From NCBI GenBank assembly GCA_951406725.2, contig OX597816.1, positions 109,182,001 through 109,246,000 of the forward strand: DNA of 64,000 nt, read 5' to 3'. Each line of letters opens with the position of its first letter. The stretch's first letter is position 1. The translations under genes and the position numbers were made by a program. Below the pieces are notes generated by a model. The model made no database searches. It saw nothing but the letters and a program-made list of their open reading frames with translations, and was not told where the DNA came from. This DNA is from Octopus vulgaris (taxonomy: Eukaryota). Of this stretch, positions 41,195 through 54,419 are shown in pieces.

Positions 41195-42215
41195 TCTATC
41201 TGAGGCCGAGGAAGAGCGAATGGCACCTCGAGTGTTGCGTTGCTCTCAAGCAGCTATGCCGTCTCGGGTCAACCTTGAGCGACTTCAACACAACCAAAGC
41301 ATTCTATAGAGGATTAGTGGAGGGGAAGTACGACGACGATCTCGGGTCGAACCTGGGCGTCTACGAGGAATACCCGACCTGCCTGTTCAAGACGACTTTC
41401 GGGGCGGGACATATGGACAACTTCTAGAGATCCCTGGCCTGGCAGTGCTATCGAGAAGCGCTACCCGTTCGGGATAAGCTCTACAGGCATGGCTCGAGAA
41501 ACACGGAGCTGACCTGTCCGAGATGCAGTCAGAGCGACGAAAACGGCCTGCACGCACTCGTACAGTGTCCAACCATTTCCGACCTGTGGGCCTATGTTGA
41601 ACGGCTGCTATCGCGTGTGGGACGAGTCGGTTTATCAACTGAGTCTATCGTGAATATTGTCGTGCCTCTTTCCTTGGAACGGGAAGAAAGAGCCATTTTC
41701 ATCGTACCTGTGGCTATGGCGAAAGAATGTGTATGATGGACGCGTCTGAAAGATCTAGAGACAAACACTTTCCTCTCTGGTCAATCTCTCATCAACTTCT
41801 TCAAGTATCACTTGAAGAGGAAAGTGAGAGTAGAGATGGAAGTTTTGTCTAGTGAATGCTTCAAAAAAAGATAGGTGAATGTAGCAAGGATGGCACGTGT
41901 GAATGACGGAGCCAGCTTGAGTATAATCCTATGAACCAAAAGAAAAAAAAAGCGTAAGGAAAAAAGAGAGCCACTTACTGTAATGTGTTTTCTTTTTCCA
42001 TGACACTATTGCCCAAGGTTCCCGTGGTCTTTTCCGAAGACTTTTCTATCCACGGACAAACCTAATCTGTTTTCCCTTTGTACATTGACATTTCTGTGAT
42101 ACACGATCCCTATTGATCGGCCCCACATTTTTCTCTTTTCATGATCCCTTCCCCAAGCAGCTCTAATTTGTATTAATTCCTTTCTATGTTCAGCCCTGCG
42201 TGGCCAATAAAGAAA
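41195..42215 (+). mobile_element. Tx1/L1-clade LINE 3' end (ORF2 zinc-finger region and 3' UTR)
   Basis: One frame through three nonsense codons: LAWQCYREALPVRDKL...CPRCSQSDENGLHALVQC...LW...AKECV*W; ends AATAAAGAAA. Confidence 0.88.
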
Positions 42216-42220
42216 CATAC

Positions 42221-42332
<112 letters not shown>

Positions 42333-42477
42333 ATGCGTATATTTCTAAGTATGTTTCTTTCTTTCTGTCTTTCTGTCTTTCTTTCTTTCTTTCTTTTATT
42401 CTCTCTCTTTCTCTTTCTCCTCTCTCTCTCTATATATATATACATTTACACATATAATATATACATTGATATATGTG

Positions 42478-42516
<39 letters not shown>

Positions 42517-42642
42517 GTACACATATACATACATACGTATATATATATACTCATATAAACGTATTCACAAATACTATTAATCATACAGTTATTCCTATTG
42601 ATCTACAGTCAATTTGGAAATATCAATTGAGTATATATATGC

Positions 42643-42723
<81 letters not shown>

Positions 42724-42768
42724 TATATGTATAGATATATATCTATATCTATATCTATATCTATCTAT

Positions 42769-42830
<62 letters not shown>

Positions 42831-43164
42831 TGTATTTCACTTAGAAGGTTTCAATAGAAGGCCCATATACAAGAGAAAAACAGTGTGGTACTATTTTCAT
42901 TGTCTGAGAAGCAATATTATTGACGGAAGTTTATGAATTTATGAAATGTCTAGACGTCGTAAACTTCGTCCTGAAGGAAAGTGGTGCTAACAAACGCAAA
43001 ATTAGAACTCTTCTCATTTGTGTCTTTCTTTTCCTTTGTCACTCGATTTCTCTCAACGCATACATGCATGCACACACATGCACACACACCACACACGCAC
43101 ACAAAGCGACACACAATGGCTTACACGCTCACACACACACATGCATCTATTTGTGCGTATATGC

Positions 43165-43226
<62 letters not shown>

Positions 43227-43227
43227 T

Positions 43228-43360
43228 TTATTTAAAGCAGCAGAAAATTCAACAAAACATGTTACTCTGAGTTTCCCGTTGCCGTTCATCGGACAGTTTT
43301 TGCTAGCAAAAACTGTCCGATGAACGGCTTTAAATAAATATGCTTTAAATAAAGCATATT
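43228..43360. repeat. Fold-back with a perfect 48-bp palindrome and an HHR-like motif (minus strand, about 43256-43300)
   Basis: GCCGTTCATCGGACAGTTTTTGCT|AGCAAAAACTGTCCGATGAACGGC; minus strand AAAACTGT-CCGATGA-N10-GAAA-CTCAGAG-TA-ACATGTTTT. Confidence 0.85.
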
Positions 43361-43423
43361 ACTCTACCACTGGTATTTGAGTACTCTTTTTTCCACCTTG
43401 TTTCAGATTTATATGTTTACTCC

Positions 43424-43482
<59 letters not shown>

Positions 43483-44069
43483 CGTTCAGGTAGTGGTTCT
43501 TATCAGTAAGCACACTAACCTCTCACCGCTTCGTGATTCCCAAGGGGTTCAATGCAGTCTAAGAAATGTTATAAAAAGTACATCAATAAGGAGAGAATAA
43601 ACATGGGCGTGAACTTGGTATTGCCTTATTTCATCAGTTATGTATGTTTCGGTATTCGGTAAATAACTGATGTCACGCTATAAATACAATCCATATATAG
43701 TTTGTAAGTGCGGTACACATAAACAGAACTGGTATCTTTCTTGGACAAAGAAGATACACAGCTCAGAAGCATTCAGTTATCTTAATAAACGCTTGAGAGA
43801 TACATAGTAAGTTACTCCGCTCCTTCTGCTGGACTTGTATCGCACAAGTATTTATACAAGATAACTGCATGTTTGTGAATATTTCTTATTTCTTTATCTG
43901 CCGAGGAGGTGTCTGGTTTTGATTATGTATAATACACTACTAAATTGCATCTACGTTTTGCATTAATAGTGTGACATTATTTGATAATCGAACACCGAAA
44001 CTATAACGGCTGTAATAGCGTAATACCAAGTTCGCGTTCACGTCTATTCTCTCGTGATATATATATATA

Positions 44070-45323
44070 TTTTCTTAAAGTTTCTATGTTGATTTCTGTT
44101 GCACGTCTGATCCCATCCTCTATGAGTTGAGCTGGGTAATGTCTGTCAATTAGGGTGTTTTTGAGTTCTTGCAGTCTAAAGTTCCTGGTATTTTGTTCTG
44201 ACACTATTGTGCATATCCTTCTTGCAAGGTTGAAGGAGATGTTTGTTTTAGTGTGTCTTGGGTGGCATGAATTAAAAAGAAGGTATTGTTTGGCGTCTGT
44301 GGCTTTGTAAAAAATGTCTGTTTCTATTTTAAGGTTAATTTTTTTAATTAGTGCAACAGAAATCAACATAGAAACTTTAAGAAAAGTTCAACACAACAAC
44401 ACACCTTCCCCGAAAATACTACCTTACATATCTACATACAACCCCAGAAACAAAGAAGCCTTCACCATCATCACCCAGAATTTACCAATACTCCATAAGG
44501 ACCCCAAATTAAAGGAAATTCTAAACATATACCAAATCATTAAAAGCTACAAACAACCTAAATCACTTAAAAAGATTCTCACAAAGGCAAAATTGTTTTC
44601 TGAAATTACGGATGCAAAAGTAAAAAAGGATCAGAATTCCTCTTCAAAGAGGGACAGAAATTCAAGATCAAATCTAATTTTACTTGTGCCTCTGAAAACA
44701 TAATTTATGTCATAAAATGCTCGGGCTGCCACCAAGACTACGTGGGAACCACGGGACTATCACTCAGACGTAGATGCACACTGCATCGACAACAGATTGC
44801 ATTCCCAGAATACAGAATGATACCTTTTAGTGAGCACATTGAGAAATGCGCAAAGCAACTACTACCACAATTTTTAATCTTTCCATTTTACCAATGTGCT
44901 ATCGGATCATCAACACAAACTAGACTAAACAAGGAAACATTCTTCATTGAAAAGTACAAGCCCAGACTTAACCATTCCAACATACTTATACAGAGAAATT
45001 CACCCCAAAGGAAAGGAAAAAAAAATTAAGCGATTATCTCCCTTACGCCGGAAGAAATCACTTATTACCTCCCCTTATTTAGAACTCTTTTCAACATAAA
45101 CATAACGATAACTCTTCTAAACATAAACATAACGATAACTCTTCTAAACATAAACATAACGACGTAAGAAATTTGAAAAGCTAAACGCGAAACCGGTCTT
45201 TCTTCTAAATTATGTCATTGTAAGAAAAACATTTATAATATTCTTCAGACATATTGACTTAAATATATATTCTTTAACCTTTTAAAACAAGCCTTCTGTA
45301 GTTTTTTTCACTTTTTACTATTT

Positions 45324-45325
<2 letters not shown>
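44070..45325 (+). mobile_element. PLE with inverted 5' segment (RT thumb on minus 44070-44350; linker and GIY-YIG on plus 44351-45029)
   Basis: TDIFYKATD..QYL.FNSCHPRHTK; NIIYVIKCSGCHQDYVGTTG...R...H...E...KPRLN. Confidence 0.93.
45166..45204 (+). ncRNA. HHR-like motif with U3-A8 variant core in the PLE 3' region
   Basis: AAGAAA-T-TTGAAAA-GC TAAAC GC-GAAA-CCGG-TC-TTTCTT. Confidence 0.55.
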
Positions 45326-45386
<61 letters not shown>

Positions 45387-45448
45387 GTGTGTATATATTT
45401 ATTCATATGTCTTCCTAGCTCTCCTGTGTGACCCCTCTGTCCGGCATT

Positions 45449-45635
45449 CGCCATGATAGATCGCTAGCTACTACACTTTATTTTCTCTCTTTGTTTCTTT
45501 CTGTGTTCCTTTCTGTGGAAGAGCGTAGGCTCGAAACATTAAAGACTTTTTAACTTCCCGAGCGTTATACTAATACATCTGTTTGTTGTCTACACCACCT
45601 GACTTCGTCTGTTGTTTTTTGTGAATTTTCTCCTA
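45449..45635 (+). mobile_element. PLE pLTR copy
   Basis: Homologous to 33507-33706. Confidence 0.8.
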
Positions 45636-45671
45636 TAAATATATATATATATATGTATATATATATACCTA

Positions 45672-45720
<49 letters not shown>

Positions 45721-45739
45721 TATATATACATATATTTAT

Positions 45740-45791
<52 letters not shown>

Positions 45792-46074
45792 CAGACTAAG
45801 TACATTAATGAGAAACGTACACTGGAGGTAGAGTATACCATTAATTAATTTATCCTGAGTATACAAGTTTTTTTCCTTCTACTAAAGTTAAAATTTTGAT
45901 TTTATATTTTCGATTTTAAATATGATTTTAAATCGTAATCTTAATTTCATATAACCGGTTATTGAAAAGATCGTTAGATGAAAGGACCAATGGACCAAAA
46001 CCAATTTCAAATGTGAATTTATCGACGAAGTTGTATATTTACACATATAACCTTATTTTTGTTCCATTCTCAAC

Positions 46075-46120
46075 CAAAACTCTCCGACGAACGTGAACCT
46101 GAAACTGAGTAATAGTTTTT
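46075..46120 (+). ncRNA. HHR-like motif with CCGACGA core
   Basis: AAAACTCT-CCGACGA-ACGTGAACCT-GAAA-CTGAG-TA-ATAGTTTT; same family as the 43256-43300 motif. Confidence 0.5.
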
Positions 46121-46279
46121 GTGATGCCTTTGCAGCTTTATTTATAAAGTACACACACACACACACACAGATAGATAGATATATATCAGAGGAAAAGGCA
46201 CAACAAAAACAAGGCAGGACGAGTATCTCAGGTCAATTAGAGTATTTAATTAGAGTAAGGTGAATTAGAAGGAATTGAT

Positions 46280-46355
46280 GTCTTGCAGCTGTTTCTGGGA
46301 TATTCAAGGTGTTGGGTCAGCATCTCCATACACAAGATATTCCGTCATCAAAGAC
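46280..46355 (-). ncRNA. Degenerate HHR with extended helix II
   Basis: GTCT-TTGATGA-...ATATCCCA-GAAA-CAGCTG-CA-AGAC; relative of 62658-62705. Confidence 0.55.
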
Positions 46356-46618
46356 AAGGTAAGTTTGTGGGAAAGTTTCAGACGAAGTTCACTGAATATA
46401 AAAGAATAAAACTGTAGATAGAAGAATAAAGAATAAAACAGTAGATGGAAGAATAAAGGCAGAAGAACAAAATTCATAGCTCATCTGCTAACTCGGAAGT
46501 CTACTACAGATCCCTAGTTCCAGCCTCAGCTGTGAATTTGGAACCTGACGGATGACCAATTATAGCACTTACATAGCATACCATTACGTTTAGATCATCA
46601 GTGGACCAAACCCCTCAT

Positions 46619-46688
<70 letters not shown>

Positions 46689-46828
46689 CATATATATATA
46701 TATCCCAAAATTAAATAAAGAAGGTAGAAATTAATATTAATTAATATCAATTTAAGCTAGTGGCTTAGCATACTTAAAAATATCCTAAGATTAAGAAATT
46801 ATATCACATACATACATAAGAGGAATAA

Positions 46829-47227
46829 CCACGAAGGTGAATTCCTAATATGCTAGAAGAAGACACCAAATCGTCTTACCACGAAGAATGTGTTCTCAAG
46901 AAATGTCAGAAAACGCCAGAATGTAAAATGAGCAAGAAAAATTAAGAGATATAAAATTTGGCAATAAGCTATATACCTAGATTTCGTATTAACATTCTCA
47001 AATGTAATGTCCGTAGTTCATCAGTGCAGCCGTTGCATGGGAAACATAATTCACGTTTGTTAATGTTAATAGCTAAACCTAGGTATATAGCTTATTGCCA
47101 AATTTTGTATCTTTTAATTTGTCTTGATCGATTTACATTCTGGCATTTGCTGAAATTTCTTGAGAACACATTCTTCGTGGTAAGACGATTTGGCGTCTTC
47201 TAGCATATTAGAAATCCACCTTGGTGG
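46829..47227. repeat. Fold-back inverted repeat (~150-bp arms) with a central HHR-like motif
   Basis: Arms about 46829-46983 and 47074-47227; minus strand CTGATGA-N32-GAAA-TCTAGG-TA at 46974-47024. Confidence 0.88.
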
Positions 47228-47272
47228 CTATTGCTCTTATATATGTATGTATGTATATATGTATATGCGAGT

Positions 47273-47324
<52 letters not shown>

Positions 47325-47354
47325 ATGTGTGTGTATGTGTGTGTATGTGTGTGT

Positions 47355-47670
47355 GAAGACACATGGCTCAGTGGCTAGGGCATCGGACTCACAATCATGG
47401 GGTAGTGAGTTAGATTCACAGATCGGGATGTGTGTTGTTTTCTTGAGCAAGACACTTTATTTCACGTTGCATCACTTCACTCAGGTGTAGTAAATGAGTT
47501 TCGACGTCACTCGTGTCAAGCTGTATCGGTCTTAGCCTTTTCCTTAGATAACATCGGTGGCGTGGAAAGAGGTGTCTGGTGTGCGTGGACGACTGCTGGT
47601 CTTCCATAAACAATCTTACTCGGACTCGTGCCTTGGAGGGAAACTTTCTAGGTGCAATCCCGTGGTCATT
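47355..47670 (+). mobile_element. CORE-like tRNA SINE family B2
   Basis: A-box TGGCTCAGTGG; homologous to 24723-25021. Confidence 0.87.
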
Positions 47671-47736
47671 TACACACATGCACATACATACATACATACA
47701 TACATACATACATACATACATACATACATGTATATG

Positions 47737-47821
<85 letters not shown>

Positions 47822-48102
47822 CACGGGCACTGTTCACACATGTTTCTTGTTCAAAACATTTTGAAGAATACTCAATGCATGTTACTTGTAAATTTTATTA
47901 ATTTACAAATAGCTGGTTAGTCAATTCACTGCAGTTCACGTCCGATAGAAGAAATGAATTGAGCAAGATGCTCTGAGAAGCAATAGCGTTAATCACCGGA
48001 TTCATATACGTACAAACACACGTACACACATACACACATATGCACACCCACACATACACACACATGCAAATTTGTTTGTCTGTCCGTCTATCTATCTGTC
48101 TT

Positions 48103-48160
<58 letters not shown>

Positions 48161-48161
<1 letters not shown>

Positions 48162-48400
48162 CTTTCTTATTTCTTATTTCTTTATTGCCCACAGGGGCTA
48201 AACATAGAGGGGACAAACAAGGACAGAAAAACGGATTAAGTCGATTACATCGACTCAGTGCGTAACTGGTACTTAATTTATCGACCCCGAAAGGAGGAAA
48301 GACAAAATCGGCAGAATTTGAACTCAGAACGTAACGGCAGACGAGTTACCGCTAAGCATTTCGCCCGGCGTGCTAACGTTTCTGCCAGCTCACTGCCTTC
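48161..48400 (-). mobile_element. SINE family D with Tx1-like tail (type 2)
   Basis: Tail CCCCTCTATGTTTAGCCCCTGTGGGCAATAAAGAAATAAG. Confidence 0.9.
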
Positions 48401-48961
48401 TATCTATCTCTTTTTGTATATATGTATGTGTGTGTATGTATGTATGTATGTATGTATGTATGTATGTATGTATGTATGTATGTATGTATGTATGTATGTA
48501 TGTATGTATATATATGATTGGAGCGATCTCAAGATTAATCAGCCGAAATTGCGAGAATGATCCGGTTCTTGACTGAAGATTACAAAATTACAAACAAGTA
48601 TTCATTCAACGAACCGATGGTCTCTATAAAACATACATACATAAAATTTGATGAAATAAGTGATAATGTTTTTAAAAGAAGGTCACCCTTTCCAGGCAAT
48701 CGCCTAGTTTTTGACGTCAGTTGGTATTCGCATTCCTGCTCCGACAGTAAAGCTTTCCAGAAGTAAGTTGAACATGTATCGGCAGTTCAAAATATTTCAT
48801 TGCTTTTATTTTAGATTGAAGTTGGATAGCGAATGTTCTGTAAAATTTATCTGTGGAATATAGGTCTTAATTCATCGGCCATTCTGAAACCCTGCTGTTT
48901 ATCTGCTGTCGTTCACGTAATGCTGATGGTCCTCCCTTTATATTTCATCCTCAAACACGGA

Positions 48962-49015
<54 letters not shown>

Positions 49016-49147
49016 AACCTTTACATAAATAAATAACGTGAAATACACGAAGGGACGAACATAAGAGACAGACGGGTCATTCAAAGCCTTCGTTCTTCAG
49101 TCAGAAATATACTTGTATGTATATATATACATACATATATATATATA

Positions 49148-49237
<90 letters not shown>

Positions 49238-49239
<2 letters not shown>

Positions 49240-49745
49240 CGCAGGAGTGGCTGTGTGGTGAGTAGCTTGCTTATCAACCACATGGTTCCGGGTTCAGTCT
49301 CAGTGCGTGGGTTGGGCAATTGTCGTCTATTATAGCCTCGGACCGACCAAAGCTTTAAGAGTGAATTTGGTAAATGGAAACTGAAAGAAGGCAGCGACAT
49401 ATATATTATATATATATATATCGCAAATAAGAAAATGGAGAACAATAGGTGGTTCATCAACTTTTGGACATTAAAATGTTAATAGGAGTTATATATATAA
49501 ATATATATATGTATGTGTGTTTGTGTGTGTGAGTGTGTGTGTGAGTGTGTTTGTGTCTGTGTTTGTGTGTCTGACAACTGATGTTGGTGTGTCTACGTCC
49601 CCGGAACTTAGTGGTTCGGCAAAGTGACTGATAGAACAAGTATTAGGCTTACAAAGAATATATCCTGGGGGTCAGTTTGTTCGGCTGAAGGCGGTGCTCC
49701 AGCATGGTCGCAGTCAAATAACTGAAACAAACAAAAGAGTAAAGT
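49238..49745 (+). mobile_element. SINE family A with a short insertion (49422-49490) in its internal microsatellite
   Basis: Head 49238-49398, body 49510-49745; insert matches the hairpin element at 57231. Confidence 0.88.
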
Positions 49746-50228
49746 GTATATAAATTTCTGATGAAGTTCCTAAATTTGTCGAAAGCGCTTCCCCGTAGTT
49801 AGTTCTATGCTGTTTATGTTACGTCATTAAATGCTGCTACTAAATATTTGCTGACTTAAACGGAAAAAAATAACAAAAATAAAAACAAAAAAAGCAAACA
49901 GTAAATAGTACACACGCTAGAAAAAATATTTACTTCGAAATACTAAGTTTTCCACCTTTACGTAATTAAGAAAAATAAAGCAAAAAGCATTTAACTTATC
50001 TTCTTTGTATCTAAAAAAAGGTTAATTAGACTGAAGGGTGCCTTTTCCCCGCAGACAGTATATAAATGCGCCGAAATGTATAGCACCCAAAAGGTATTTC
50101 AGTACTTAAGTCATAATAAATCTTAGATCACACTTCTCTTCTGGAAGTGCAAGCAATTGTGTAACCATTGCACATGGAATTCATCATGAATATACGTTTA
50201 CATGCATACATATATACATATATACATG

Positions 50229-50260
<32 letters not shown>

Positions 50261-50301
50261 CAAACATATATGTATATATGTGCTTATACGAATATATACC
50301 C

Positions 50302-50340
<39 letters not shown>

Positions 50341-52654
50341 CACATATAAATTTATGTATGCATATAAGTTTAAAGTTCATATTAATGTTATCAAACTCTC
50401 GCACACATAGATGTGTATGTATACGCATGCATGTCCGTATTCATACATACATATATGTGTACGCGTGAATAAAATTTAGAATAAAAGCACTGAAAATACG
50501 ACGGAATAAACGTTGGAATGTGACCTCTCCCCTCTCTCTCAGATCACTATCCCAGTCCTAAAATAGTTGTTTTTAATTGCGTTACTACGCGCGAAGACAC
50601 AACAGGAAACCACCAATGAAAATACAGGATCTACGCAATTCTGCGCCCTCGCAATGGGCACACGCTGAGTAAGTAATTTTTGTGTGCTTGTAGCTTCATA
50701 GGGTTTCTTGTTAAAGAAAAGTCTGCTGGTGAAAAAGGAAGTGGCAGTAATGAAGATTGAAGAGTATTTAGAAAATACAGATATTAGTTTTGATGTAAAC
50801 ACACGGAAATAATAATGATTACAAAATAACAAAAAACAAAACAAAAACAGCCACTTTTTAAAAATTTTACCAGCAACTGCGAAAAGGGAAAAAAGAAAAA
50901 AAAAAGAAACAAAAGATATTTATAACCACACTGCAGTGTTGATTTTTACTTTATAATTTTAACTTTGTTTTCTACATGAAACAAAAAGTAAATTGAGATG
51001 AAAACACGTCTACAGTTGACATTTTGTGGCTGTTATAATTTACTTGTGAAACATGAGGTAATCATTGTTAGTTCAGTAGTGTGGTAAATAGGTACCTTAT
51101 AAGCTTTCATTGAATTTTTTCACTTTACACGAAATAATTGCATTAGAGCAATCAAAATCATGCAACAGCTTCTAAAAAATTTTACAAGAAATTTGATAAG
51201 GTTAAGGCCAAACAACGATATACCGAAACACTTTTATCTCTGCGTGACTGAGTCATTGCAGGGTCTAACATTGGGTTAATAAACTCGAACTTGTCAGTCA
51301 CATTCCAAAAAGCTTGGAATGCAGTATATTCCAGTTGTCACAGTAGATTTGAAGAATAATTATCATCTCTTTAAAATATTTCAGCGCATACTTGTATTTA
51401 GATAAGCTGTATAGCTACAAGTACGAAAATGACTGACGATGTTATAAACCTGGGTTTCCTTGTCAAGCTTGATCTTAATTTGTACCAATCACTTTGCTGT
51501 ATTATTCAATTTTACCTCAAATGAAAGCAAACGAACGCAATAACGAATTCTGTTAGCGACTTTCCATTTGAAAATGCAACAATCAGACCTGTATATATTT
51601 CGATCACAAAACTGAATCAGTAAGTTTATCCAAATGTCATTATCTTGAAAGCTATGCATTAAAGGGAACTGAATTATTATATTGAAACAAAACCATTATC
51701 TAAAAGCACACTAAAAGCAAAACAATTTAGGTAAAGGTCAGTAGAGTTATAATACAGTTCTAGCTTCTTATTAAAGCAACTTTCAAACCTACCACTTAAC
51801 TCTATGTTCTTCATATGGCTTCATAAAGAAATAACCCTGAGAAAATCCTCTATTTTATATTAAATGAATATATTTTTTTCACTGAAAGATCTACAAAATA
51901 TTCTCTCAGTTATTCTAAGCCTGGAAAGTTCATATCAAAATGTTTTGGTGAAGAAGTCTTTTAAGGTTGATGTACACCCAGAATTATCATCGTACCCGCT
52001 AAAGATTAGATCCACTCGCAACTACGTGCTCCGTATTTTACTTTGAATCAGTTTAGGTACTGGAGCTGTCTTACTTGACAAAAATTACCATTAAAGCTGA
52101 TAATTTTTATCTTCAATATATTATATATATATATATATAATATTATATATGATTATAATTGATTAAGCATTTTTATGGCTCACTCTATTAAGTATGTTAG
52201 CTTTCGTCACTCAAAATATCAAGAAATAGTTTTGTTTTACTTATGCTTTTCTGTTGCCTCAGTATTTTTAAAGAATAAATATCATCTCTTTATAAGCCTT
52301 TGGATAAATATACTTATTACAATTTCCAAACACCATACTCCTTTGTATCCAATTTCAGCTGCTTTGTTACAACAAAGAATTGTTATTTTATTCTTAGATT
52401 CTTGCAGGCACCTATATATTACATAGATTTTCCTATGTCTACACCATTAACAGAAAGCAGTCTCATCTTCACTACATTTTTCCAGGAGACAATTCTGTTG
52501 TGGATGCTAATTATACAAAATATCACGAAGTTACGCTAATGATTTATGCCAGGCACATTACTTAGTGAAATTTCATACCTTCATTTAAATTACTATAGTC
52601 ATGCTGAAGAATACCCAGTCATAATTTAGATTTTTTTGTTGTTTCTATTGTTGT

Positions 52655-52850
52655 TATGTTTACTGGGTTAGCTCTGACTGAGTAGATCTATGATTTACTT
52701 AGTCATTCCAGTCATTTCATATCGTGTTCAGTTATTGTGTACTAGAACTACATTATCTAATGTTTCCATTTTTAAAGATAGTTAGTGCATCATATAAGGG
52801 AGATTTGGTTTATTTTTTTCTGGCAGGTTGAGTGACCATTTAGGGATACA
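52655..52850 (+). mobile_element. Old repeat family E copy
   Basis: AGATCTATGAT...CATTCCAG...CTACATTATCTAATGT...GGGAGATTTGG...GCAGGTTGAGTGACCA. Confidence 0.6.
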
Positions 52851-53164
52851 TTTTTTAGTGTTTAGGTTTAAGTTATTTCTGATAAAAATTAGAACTTTTC
52901 ATTAACATCTTCCCTGAAATGCTTAAAACTTAATGAAATGCAGGTTCTAGTCTAGTTCTCTATTATTTTAGCCCCTTATAGTTTTCTTTCAACTTTTCTG
53001 ACTTTACTCTCAGTAAGCGCCCTTCTTTGAAATGCTTTCCCCTGTTTCCGTCTTCTATGATGAATTTAAAAATTCATACCGCAATAAAACTATCATATAC
53101 CCTTCACTGAAATAGTAGTCTCTAATTTCTTGAAAAGTTTCATAGACACAGCAGTAAAATAAAC

Positions 53165-53740
53165 GTGATGGGTTGTTAGAATCGTTAAAGCATCAACAAA
53201 ATACTTTACAGTATTTAGTTACGAATTTTTGCATTCTGAGTTTAAATACAATCGCAGTCAACTCTGCTTTCCAACTCCCCGGGGCGGATGAAATAATGTA
53301 CTAGTTAAGCACTGGAGTCACTTTAATTAATTAAACAAAGATGGTAAATTGACAGAATCCTTAGAATATTGGAAAAGAAAAAACTCTGCGGAGTTGTTTC
53401 GCCTCTTTACGTTCAAAGTTCAAATCCCGCCGAGGTCATTTTTCCTTTTAATCCTAACAGAGACGATAAGATGCCTCGTCTTCACCCAATGTTTTGTCTT
53501 GTCTGTGTTAAAAGTAATTATTAGCCATAACATTCGTGTATTAGATTGGCAGAATCGTAAGAACATGAGACGAAATACATTCAGGTATTTAGTGAAAGTT
53601 CTTTTCGATCTGATCAAATTCCAGTGTGAAGTCTTTTTCTTACGGTTGAAATAAAGTACTAGTCAAACACTAAGATCAATATAATCATCAATACTGCACT
53701 GTAAAATTTGAGGCCTTATATCTATGTTAGAAACGATTGA
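53165..53740 (+). mobile_element. Three tandem decayed SINE family D copies
   Basis: Repeated CAGAATCGTTA...AGTTCAAAT...AAAGTACTAGT. Confidence 0.6.
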
Positions 53741-54419
53741 TAGCAGTAAAATTACATTCTTGGAAAACTAGATTAAATATATAAAATAAATTCTTGAAGA
53801 GGCGTGTATCACTAAAACATCTCGAAATAGTAAGCTAATTTGCTGTCAGTTATGTTATTATGTTATAGAGTTGTTATTTACGATGTTTTGTGTTAGCGTG
53901 GTAAAAATAATAAAAATACGGATATTAAAATACATATTTTTGAGTGTAATACATCCTAATATCATATTTCTAAAGAAATCAGTTTGAAACTGTAATTGAT
54001 TGCCACATGCCTTTGAAGGAGAGCGACCATGATAATAATGACGCAAGAACAAACAAAATAATCGGTCCCACACCAGATTCGAAACGCCCCAGGCAAGTTT
54101 CTATTCCATTATATGTTGCATTCTCTTCAAACCTTGCCGAAAATGTCTTTGTGGACAATGAAGAATTGTATTAATAGTTCCAGCTGTGTTGTTTTCCACG
54201 ATCTCTAGGATATGTACTACAAACAACTGCACACTTTTATTTTTGCAGCGCAGGTTACACATGACAACGGAATACCAATTAATTAGATTCCTATTCAGAA
54301 GGTTTGAGACTTCATTCTTTTCTGCAAAAGGAAGAAAAAATAAACAAATAACGATAGAGAACTTTCCAATTCAAGGAAGTATTAATCTATTGTTATACTT
54401 CCTTTCATATGTAGGATGA

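Noticed and set aside
43628-43672. GAAAC...CTGATGA on the minus strand as a type II hammerhead
   Set aside because: No room for helix I between the elements.
48557-48766. 69-aa ORF ending at a GTAAGT donor-like site
   Set aside because: No convincing acceptor or recognisable domain; it lies between microsatellites and is more likely an unclassified repeat.
49060-49105. CTGAAGA on the minus strand as an HHR
   Set aside because: GAAA half of the core is absent; at most a deleted pLTR remnant.
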